NCBI GenBank assembly: GCA_947176745.1
Contig: CAMWRV010000001.1
Coordinates: 44,220 to 108,219 of the forward strand
Direction of reading: 5' to 3'
Length of the DNA: 64,000 nt
DNA from: an uncultured Muribaculaceae bacterium
GTDB taxonomy: Bacteria > Bacteroidota > Bacteroidia > Bacteroidales > Muribaculaceae
Every line of letters starts with the position of its first letter. Position 1 is the first letter of the stretch. Shown here in pieces: positions 51,395 through 58,528 of this stretch. Both the position numbers and the translations under genes were made by a program. The notes beneath the pieces were generated by a model. That model was given only the letters and a program-made list of their open reading frames with translations. It was not told the origin of the DNA and did not search any database.

Positions 51395-52118
51395 TTCCCT
51401 GACATCTCCAGACCTCCTTTTCTGCCAATATTGCGGACAATTTGATTTCATCGCCATTTAGATTTTCGTCACTGTTAACCGACCAAATTACGTTGACTGT
51501 TTCCGGAAGTTCTGATATCAGTTGCTGTATGCTTGCCATTTCACTCATCGCCAATGGAGTTGAACGATTTGGATTATAATAGAGATGTATGGACAAATAA
51601 TCAACACAGCTAAAATCCAATTCGTTAAAAGCAGATCCCAATTTTTTAGCAGCTTCTTTAATATCATTACCTGACGTTGATTTTACCGTGAAGTAATCGG
51701 AATCTCGGAATATGGTACTCAGGTCATTGAAGTCGAATGATATCATACACGAGGTGACAATGGGCTGCAGGAGAGCCTTTATTATTTCCGGATATTCATT
51801 GCGCGACTCACATAACATTATACTGTCGTAACAAGAAGGATCAGCATCCTCTGAAAACCCGAGAGTCAGAACCCCGGCATCGTGAAATGTATTGGCTATT
51901 CTATTTGCCGTTTCTTCTAAGTCAGTAAAGATTATTATTGCAAGTTTGTCCTCGTTGTTAGGAATACATTCATAGGGAGGTCCTGCAATTTCAGCAGAAA
52001 CGCCGTCTAATCCCAGTGAGTTGATCTTATTGATAACTTCTTCGATTCCTGTTCCGACACCTATCACTCTGAATGAGGCCGGCAATATTTGCAGATGATC
52101 TGAGTTATAATATTCCAT
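51381..52118 (-). CDS. Degenerate FtsZ/tubulin-fold protein lacking the GTP-binding signature loops
   Basis: By-eye full-length alignment to FtsZ: [17 protein letters not shown] / [43 protein letters not shown] / [47 protein letters not shown] / [38 protein letters not shown] / TVVIGTSLDPDMNDELRVTVVATG. Start is the ATG at 52118 or the TTG at 52142. It overlaps the upstream gene's stop. Confidence 0.6.
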   Translation of the reverse strand: [245 protein letters not shown]

Positions 52119-53172
52119 TATGATTTGGTGATTTAATAGCAATTATTTGAAGTGCAACTTCGTCTCTTAAATTTTCATCAGTTCCTTTGATAAGTGAGGG
52201 AACTATGTCTCGGAGTATAAACGTTGGCTCAAAGGCAGTGTACAGTCGGTTATCTTCTTCTTCTGTTAAAGGACTTTCTTTACCTGAGTAGACTACCATA
52301 ATAATATCATCGGCATCCTTACATAAATCATCCAATACTGGATGAAATTTTAATAACAGATCTGTTATATAGTCTATGCGGTCAGCTTTTCCATAAACGT
52401 GTGATTCACGCCATGTCTCATATATTTCTCCTGCATTTAAGATCTGATATTCTATCATTTCCAATGGGACATTCGTATGTTTGATGATACTATTTATCAA
52501 ATGCTGACGTTTATCAAGTTTTTTTAGACTCTCCATTCGTGATCTTATACGATAGTCTCGTTTACGCTTACTGCGATTCATACGCATACGACGTTTACTT
52601 AGTTCATGCCATTCTCTCCCGGAAAGATAGATTGACATACAATCAGGCTCATCTTTTAACTGTTGTTTCAAATCTCTTCGTGTTTCAGGTGAGACATAGG
52701 GCAGGATGTTTTTAACTTTAAGTTCTTTTACTTGATAACCGTATTTAGTATATGCGAGATTTCCGATTTCGCAATGCAATGTTTCCTTTGTTTGTCGAGG
52801 AGTAAAACCATAGAACGTCATTCCCCACAGTATAGCACCTGCAAGTTCTGCATCTGTAAATGAGTTACTATCAGGTTTAACAATAGTCTTTCCTGCTATG
52901 TTTTCCCAATAATCTCCTTCGACATTATCGGCAAATAAAGGGAGATTACCAAATAAAAAACACTCTTCTCTTAGAATCATGTCAAACGTCACTTCACCGC
53001 CATCGCCGTTAAATTCAGTATTCCTGATTATATCAAAAGCCTCTTTATAACCATAAAGACATGATACTGAATCCTCGTTTCGATGGGTATTTTTTAAAGC
53101 ATTGACAATTTCGTCAAAACTAAGGGAGTTGAATAATTCTTTTACCGTAATTGCAATTTTATTTTCTGGCAA
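52105..53172 (-). CDS. Hypothetical 355-aa protein, translationally coupled to the FtsZ-like gene
   Basis: Long AT-rich ORF. The only possible start is the TTG at 53172-53170, six codons after an in-frame TGA. It has a central basic segment (KRRMRMNRSKRKRDYRIRSR). No family recognised with confidence. Confidence 0.55.
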   Translation of the reverse strand: MPENKIAITVKELFNSLSFDEIVNALKNTHRNEDSVSCLYGYKEAFDIIRNTEFNGDGGEVTFDMILREECFLFGNLPLFADNVEGDYWENIAGKTIVKPDSNSFTDAELAGAILWGMTFYGFTPRQTKETLHCEIGNLAYTKYGYQVKELKVKNILPYVSPETRRDLKQQLKDEPDCMSIYLSGREWHELSKRRMRMNRSKRKRDYRIRSRMESLKKLDKRQHLINSIIKHTNVPLEMIEYQILNAGEIYETWRESHVYGKADRIDYITDLLLKFHPVLDDLCKDADDIIMVVYSGKESPLTEEEDNRLYTAFEPTFILRDIVPSLIKGTDENLRDEVALQIIAIKSPNHNGIL

Positions 53173-53385
53173 ATTTAGATTTACGGTGTATCAGATTTGG
53201 TGACAACCTGAAAAATATTCACAATATTCAAAAGAAGTCAGATTTGAGCATCGAGAGCACGCTTCCCATGTTTTTCTCCCTCAAACGAGTAGTACAAGGT
53301 AAATAGCGAGCATACCCTACACTGCATACGCTGGAACGCCGTGCATTGGCCGTCTCAAAATCTATTGCTGCAAAGTCGGTCATTC

Positions 53386-54291
53386 TCAGTCGTTTTTATA
53401 CAGTTGGTACATATCAGAAATCCACCCTTTCATAGTTCTGCGTAAATGAGTCGGTTCAATCACCTCGACCATTGAGCCGACTTGAAGCAGCTTCATTACA
53501 AAATCGTAAGTCGGAGCCAGAAAAAGCTCAAAATCCGCATACTCCCCGACATCCTCAATCAAACGCTGACTATGATGAAGAGGCAACGATTTAAGATAAT
53601 GCTTGTGGTCTTCATTAGCCCTTATAATGATTTTCTCCGGTTTCTCTCCTGTTCCTACTACTATACCGTATGCTGTGGAAAAGTATTCCTCTGCATTAAA
53701 ATCCTTTGGGAGTTTGAATGTTTCTGATGTTACTTCAACATTCTCCATGCGGTCAAGACCGTAAAGACGAATATCACCATAACGGATGTTATGAGCCAGT
53801 ACATACCAGCGATTCTCAAAGAGTCTCACACAATATGGCTCAATTGGAAAGGTATAGCCATGCGATTTCTTGAAAGGACGATAAGTTATAGTTACGATGC
53901 GATTATCTTTCATTGCCTCCAGGATGGTAGTGAGATGATCGCGTCCGGAAGGTATCTCTTCAACCAATATACGATCCTTTAATGACAGATTCTCCCCGAT
54001 GACATTGCCAACCGCATAAGAGTCAAGCATCCACTTTTTGAGTTTGTCCTCCTCAATATCCTGAGGATTGGCAATGAAATATAAGTAGCCACCGGTCTTC
54101 TGACAATCTATCATGATGCTGAACTGGTCATAAATAGCCTCTCTCCACCGGTTGAATGTAGCACGGTGGAGCGGACGGCAATCGCTCAGTTCCTTGTGGC
54201 GTTGCCACTTATCGGAAAGATCCTTATGAGAAATCTTTCCGGCACGGCGGATCGTTTCAATCAGCCATGTGTATTTCGGCAGTTGGTTCAT
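53386..54291 (-). CDS. WYL-domain transcriptional regulator (wHTH-WYL-WCX architecture, BrxR/CapW-like)
   Basis: 301 aa. N-terminal wHTH (YTWLIETIRRAGKISHKDLSDKW). WYL core ITYRPFKKSHGYTFPIEPYCVRLFENRWYVLAHNIRYGDIRLYGLDRM. C-terminal extension ...VEVIEPTHLRRTM. Confidence 0.85.
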   Translation of the reverse strand: MNQLPKYTWLIETIRRAGKISHKDLSDKWQRHKELSDCRPLHRATFNRWREAIYDQFSIMIDCQKTGGYLYFIANPQDIEEDKLKKWMLDSYAVGNVIGENLSLKDRILVEEIPSGRDHLTTILEAMKDNRIVTITYRPFKKSHGYTFPIEPYCVRLFENRWYVLAHNIRYGDIRLYGLDRMENVEVTSETFKLPKDFNAEEYFSTAYGIVVGTGEKPEKIIIRANEDHKHYLKSLPLHHSQRLIEDVGEYADFELFLAPTYDFVMKLLQVGSMVEVIEPTHLRRTMKGWISDMYQLYKND

Positions 54292-55139
54292 GTTAATGAT
54301 TTAATTATGTCGTCAACTAAAGCTTCAAAATGAGTTTTAAAATACTCACTTCTTTGTCCGCGAGTAGATGGATGAATTGTACGGGCTGCATATTTCACCC
54401 CGGGGATATTAATTCGATCAAGAAACAATCCTTCCCTTATCTGATGGAAAGAGTCATCAGACAGACCAAATTTTTCTTTTATGTCGTTGTCTGCATAAAA
54501 TCCTGTTAGAAAGATTATGATATCCGGTTTAAGTATTTTCACTTCTTCCCTAACAACATTGAAATACCTACATTCTATTTCGCGAATTTCTGGTGTGGGC
54601 TTTCCACAACATTGACCAAAGTCTTTGCCACCCCGGCTAATCTTTGATATATTATTCCATACGACTCCTATATTATAATTAACAAGACGATATGCCAACT
54701 GCTGAATCAACTGATCCTGACGACGGGTAAATATAGACTTTCTAATTCCACTTTCCTCATAGCAGTAGCCATGATAAATGTCTCCCAATCCATAGTACTC
54801 TTCTTCTCCGTCAATATGTCTACCCATAATTTCGGTAACAATATCATCGGAATTACGGAGATTGAAATTATAACTGCCAAATGGATATTTACTGCGATTA
54901 TACTTGTCGTTCCAGTTATTCGTTTCTCTACCGAAAACCATCACACGCAGATCGGCGTTCTCATACGATCCGTCATCGTTGAGTTCAATAAGCAGCGGTA
55001 ACGCAGGTTTGATAGCCTCAGGATCATCGAACAGAGGTTTTACAGCCGAATAAAGTCCCGGAATTTTGGAAGCGTAGAGATTAACTAATTTGTCGTTTAG
55101 TGACTTCTCTTCAATTGGGATGTATTCTATATCTTTCAT
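54288..55139 (-). CDS. Divergent uracil-DNA-glycosylase-superfamily protein (family-4-like motif layout)
   Basis: 283 aa. LRVMVFGRETNNW sits at the motif-A position (GExxG-like). VVWNNISKISRGG...GKPTPEIREIECRYF...LKPDIIIFLTG resembles the N-x-x-K...P-x-x-E-x-x-C...P-x-I-I-x-LG segment. ARTIHPSTRG sits at motif B (HPS). It overlaps the WYL gene by ATGA. Confidence 0.55.
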   Translation of the reverse strand: MKDIEYIPIEEKSLNDKLVNLYASKIPGLYSAVKPLFDDPEAIKPALPLLIELNDDGSYENADLRVMVFGRETNNWNDKYNRSKYPFGSYNFNLRNSDDIVTEIMGRHIDGEEEYYGLGDIYHGYCYEESGIRKSIFTRRQDQLIQQLAYRLVNYNIGVVWNNISKISRGGKDFGQCCGKPTPEIREIECRYFNVVREEVKILKPDIIIFLTGFYADNDIKEKFGLSDDSFHQIREGLFLDRINIPGVKYAARTIHPSTRGQRSEYFKTHFEALVDDIIKSLT

Positions 55140-55164
55140 GATAAAGGGGATTTGTTATCGCTTA

Positions 55165-55172
55165 CAAAGTTA
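55165..55172 (-). promoter_or_regulatory. -7 promoter box TAACTTTG for the UDG-like/WYL pair
   Basis: The reverse complement of caaagtta lies 26 nt upstream of the ATG at 55139. Confidence 0.45.
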
Positions 55173-55242
55173 ATATTTTTCTGTATCATTTTACGTTACA
55201 CTTTCTGTTGATTTCTAACTTCAGACATCCAATTCCTCAATT

Positions 55243-57129
55243 TCATCTAATGTGAGGTCTCTCCGTTAGTTCTCGCCAGTTTTTAATCATGTTGACGAGG
55301 CAGCTTGCCACAAAGTATTCGGGTGTGGTCGGAGGAAATCCCATCCATGGATCATGCCGGCGTAAATCGCGGACTTTGGTCGCAAGGCATGTTGTCCATG
55401 CTTCTCTCGTGATAAAAAAATCCTCATGATGAAGAATGGAATCGTCAGATACATACGAATCATGAACAGCAAGGAATCCACCTTTATCCTCATAGGGATT
55501 ATGGTTCACTTCCCTTGACAATTCTTTTAGTTTTACAAAAGTCAATTCGCACTCCGCCAGCTGATGGTCATAATACTCTCGTTCATTCTTTCTGATAAAT
55601 TTTCGGACTTTGTCCCAGTTTGTGTATCGGAAATAGTATTCCAGCCTCATATCTATGTCAGTAAGATCATCATCATTTATCTGGTTACAATGGATACCTC
55701 TGTTGAGCCGGAGTAATTCATCAATCTCAGATCTATTCACTAAGGAATCAGGCCGGGATACAACGCTCAAAGCTGAGTGCTGTGGAAGATATATCGATTT
55801 AATGGGATTGCAGGAGCAGTCAAGGTGGGTGAGGTTAGGACAGTGGCGTAAATCCAATTTCGTTAGTTCGTTGTCTCTACATACTACTCCTGTAAGAAAA
55901 TCTTTCCGATAAGAGCCCGGTGTAAGGTCGAGATTGGTAAGGCACTGTCCGACGATTGATAATTTCCTGAGTCCGGTACAATCGCCTAAATAAATAAAAT
56001 GCAGTTGACGGGGATAGCGACTGAAATCAAAGCCTTCGATAATCTTTTCCCATAATGATTCAATGTTGATTGTATATGTTCCCGGCTGAGAGTAAGAGTG
56101 ATGGCATGTAACGCTTCCCGTCTTGTCCGAGTCTCCATATTTATCGCAAGTTCCGTCTCCCCAGTCAACAATCAGATGACAATAAGGAGCAATTTCTAAT
56201 GAGAATTCGCAAACAGAATTGTCAGATTTTATCTCAACTTCCAATATCATCCAATCATGTTTCATAATTCCGCGCCGATGAAGCATACACTGTTGACGCA
56301 TCTTTTTTATAAAATGATCGTTGTCGTTGATGTATGGACTTTCAAGGTACTTTATATATAAATCGAATTGTTTGATTTTGCTTTCATAGCGACCATATAG
56401 GTCGCCCAGAGACCAATAGACTTCTGGTTCAACACAACAATACATATCGTAATATCTCTCAAGATATTCTCTGGCAAGCTCATGATTCTGCTTTGTGCCG
56501 TGTCCGTAATAATACATTAGTCCGAGGTATTTCGCTGTATGATCATCTTTCAAATTTTTTAAAGTATTGAAGGCCGACTCATATTCTTCCGATTCATAGT
56601 AATATGTTCCCAACGTGAATGTATGCCGAAAATCTCCTTCGGATGCTTTCTTTATATAATACTCACGCACCGCAGGATTGTGAAGCAATTTCGAAAGTCC
56701 ACACCCTATAGTTGCACTACACCCAACAATTATTTCTACAAATTCACGATCGGTCCAGTCAAGCCTGCGTTCAGCGATATCTTTCCCGAGCTCGCATGTT
56801 AGTATTTTGGCCAATGCGTTATTGCAGTTCTCATATCCGACATTCTTCCACTCAGTTAAGCGGTCAATGGAATATTGAAATTCCTCTTTACTCACATTAC
56901 TTAAGAAAAATGTCAGATTCATAACATTCATCGAGATAAACGAAGTGCCAAACTCGTCTGTCAGCCTATTGGCAATCCGAAGATACTCCTCGATGCAATC
57001 AAGTCCTTCGATTAGCTGCGGACGAATCGAACCATCCGAATTCCATATTTTTTCTCTGAGTGGCCTTAATATTCCTGATGCCTTTTTGACTAAGTCCCGG
57101 GCTCTCTTTTCATTATCTTCTCTTTTCAT
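55243..57129 (-). CDS. Large signal-less multidomain protein: unknown N-domain, Sel1-like repeats, PKD-like domain, leucine-rich repeats, unknown C-domain
   Basis: 628 aa. AKYLGLMYYYGHGTKQNHELAREYLER is a Sel1 repeat. VDWGDGTCDKYGDSDKTGSVTCHHSYSQPGTYTINI is a PKD signature. LRKLSIVGQCLTNLDL...NELTKLDLRHCPNLTHLDCSCNPIKSIYL are LRRs. The N-terminus MKREDNEKRARDL has no signal peptide. Confidence 0.65.
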   Translation of the reverse strand: MKREDNEKRARDLVKKASGILRPLREKIWNSDGSIRPQLIEGLDCIEEYLRIANRLTDEFGTSFISMNVMNLTFFLSNVSKEEFQYSIDRLTEWKNVGYENCNNALAKILTCELGKDIAERRLDWTDREFVEIIVGCSATIGCGLSKLLHNPAVREYYIKKASEGDFRHTFTLGTYYYESEEYESAFNTLKNLKDDHTAKYLGLMYYYGHGTKQNHELAREYLERYYDMYCCVEPEVYWSLGDLYGRYESKIKQFDLYIKYLESPYINDNDHFIKKMRQQCMLHRRGIMKHDWMILEVEIKSDNSVCEFSLEIAPYCHLIVDWGDGTCDKYGDSDKTGSVTCHHSYSQPGTYTINIESLWEKIIEGFDFSRYPRQLHFIYLGDCTGLRKLSIVGQCLTNLDLTPGSYRKDFLTGVVCRDNELTKLDLRHCPNLTHLDCSCNPIKSIYLPQHSALSVVSRPDSLVNRSEIDELLRLNRGIHCNQINDDDLTDIDMRLEYYFRYTNWDKVRKFIRKNEREYYDHQLAECELTFVKLKELSREVNHNPYEDKGGFLAVHDSYVSDDSILHHEDFFITREAWTTCLATKVRDLRRHDPWMGFPPTTPEYFVASCLVNMIKNWRELTERPHIR

Positions 57130-57131
57130 TG

Positions 57132-57482
57132 CTAATATGACTCAAAAATATCTTCTTCATCGGCGCGTTCTTCCGTTGAAATATTCAAATAACTATTGCA
57201 ACACACTTCATCCTGCCATAGAATAATGTCGCTTACGGTTAGAGTTCCATCTGGAGTCTGTATAATGAAATAATATTCGTACTCTGTAAAATCTAACTGA
57301 ATATATAATTGCAGGTAATCTTCATGTTCTGTCAATTCGATTCCCATAATAGCAAGCCACATTTCCTGAGCCTTAATGAAGTCGGCAAACGAAGTATATT
57401 CCTCCGCTACTGCCGAAAAATATGCCTGCCGCTTACGCATCATTTCAATGCGCTCTTTAGTGGACATAGTTGTTAAATCCAT
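57132..57482 (-). CDS. Small acidic hypothetical protein immediately upstream of the Sel1/PKD/LRR gene (2-nt gap)
   Basis: ORF 57132-57509. I prefer the ATG at 57482 (MDLTTMSTKER...) because a TAATTTTG -7 box at 57507-57514 overlaps the upstream TTG. Confidence 0.5.
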   Translation of the reverse strand: MDLTTMSTKERIEMMRKRQAYFSAVAEEYTSFADFIKAQEMWLAIMGIELTEHEDYLQLYIQLDFTEYEYYFIIQTPDGTLTVSDIILWQDEVCCNSYLNISTEERADEEDIFESY

Positions 57483-57520
57483 ACGAAACTTTTTAAATTT
57501 TGGAAGCAAAATTATTTCAG

Positions 57521-57590
57521 AGCTGACGCATTTTGCGGTACACCATAAAAATTATCAAAAATAATAGCTGACGCATAAAATGATACACCA
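57521..57590. promoter_or_regulatory. Two 25-bp imperfect direct repeats (45-bp period) in the divergent promoter region of the island
   Basis: agctgacgcattttgcggtacacca (57521-57545) and agctgacgcataaaatgatacacca (57566-57590). -7 boxes lie at 57507-57514 (minus) and 57597-57604 (plus, TACCTTTG). Confidence 0.6.
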
Positions 57591-57621
57591 AAGCATTACC
57601 TTTGCGATAAAAATAGAAAAC

Positions 57622-58215
57622 ATGAAAATCCTTCACCTTTCCGACACTCACAACTGCCATCATCGACTCCGGGATTTACCCGAAGCGGACGTGGTCGTTC
57701 ATTCCGGCGATTTCTGTATGGTCGGAACCGAACAGGAAGCCCTTGATTTCCTTAACTGGTTCTGTGACTTACCATACAAACACAAGATCTTTATCTGTGG
57801 CAACCACGATGAATGCCTTTATGGAGCGAACATAGAAGGTCTGGACTCAAATGTTTACTTTCTATGCAATTCGGGCGTTGAGATTGAAGGTATTAAATTC
57901 TATGGCATACCTATGTTTTTGAGCGACTGTGTTACAGAACGTCAAAACCAAAACTATGCTAAAATTCCGGATGATACTGATGTGTTGATAACACATTCTC
58001 CGGCATACGGTATTCTTGACTTTGATGATAATATCCACTATGGTTCCGAAGAACTACTTGAAAAAATATCTACGCTCAATCTTAAAGCACATCTGTTTGG
58101 ACACATTCATGCTCAGCGTGGATTGGAAATTATAGACAACGCATTATTTTCTAATGGAGCCATTCTTGACGCTGACTATATAGCGACCTCATCTCCCAAT
58201 GTGATTACAATATGA
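57622..58215 (+). CDS. Small calcineurin-like metallophosphoesterase
   Basis: All MPE motifs are present: LSDTH, HSGDF, GNHDE, ITHSP and GHIH. I place the start at MKILHLSDTH. Confidence 0.85.
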   Translation: MKILHLSDTHNCHHRLRDLPEADVVVHSGDFCMVGTEQEALDFLNWFCDLPYKHKIFICGNHDECLYGANIEGLDSNVYFLCNSGVEIEGIKFYGIPMFLSDCVTERQNQNYAKIPDDTDVLITHSPAYGILDFDDNIHYGSEELLEKISTLNLKAHLFGHIHAQRGLEIIDNALFSNGAILDADYIATSSPNVITI

Positions 58216-58247
58216 TCTTTGGGAACTTTTGGGAACAAATAATCTTA

Positions 58248-58301
58248 TAATACAAAAGTAAGCATACAGATAATTAATACAAAAGTAAGCATACAGATAA
58301 T
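58248..58301. repeat. Perfect 27-bp tandem duplication at the right edge of the island
   Basis: taatacaaaagtaagcatacagataat x 2, read directly. Confidence 0.95.
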
Positions 58302-58468
58302 GCTATCATAGTCGATAGCGTAATCCTCACCAATGTGATTGTTGAGGGTATTAGATTTATGATTTTGTTATGGTACATTATTGCTTGTTTTCCGAGAAGT
58401 TACAGTAAACATAAACAACCATAACTAAATCATAATCTCAAAGTTCCCGGTTTTATAATTGTAGATAT

Positions 58469-58511
58469 AACAAAATATGGTGCAACTCGTTGAGTTACAC
58501 CATATTTTGTT
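58469..58511 (-). terminator. Rho-independent terminator of dnaK
   Basis: aacaaaatatggtgcaactc gtt gagttacaccatattttgtt, a stem of about 20 bp with one mismatch. It is A/T-rich at both ends and lies 18 nt downstream of the dnaK stop. Confidence 0.75.
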
Positions 58512-58528
58512 ATTGATTATTATGTGTC

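Larger units (their letters stand above)
50816..58468. other. AT-rich accessory genomic island between the efflux-operon terminator and the dnaK terminator; no integrase, transposase or tRNA seen
   Basis: Composition changes abruptly. Spot counts of single 60-nt lines give 20/60 G+C at 52141 against 39/60 at 49141. All ORFs inside are non-core types, and both ends are delimited by terminators of core genes. Confidence 0.7.

Noticed and set aside
53170-53177. TAAATTTG as the promoter -7 box for the 355-aa gene
   Set aside because: It matches TAnnTTTG, but its TTG is the only available start codon of the ORF. Promoter and start cannot both be real at this spacing. I kept the CDS call and left the question open: the gene might be 5'-truncated or read through from the WYL gene.
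50816-58468. Integrase, transposase, tRNA or att repeats that would define a classical mobile element
   Set aside because: I looked through all six frames of the island and its borders. No recombinase-like translation, no tRNA-like cloverleaf and no matching terminal repeats were found. I therefore call it only an accessory island, not a mobile element.
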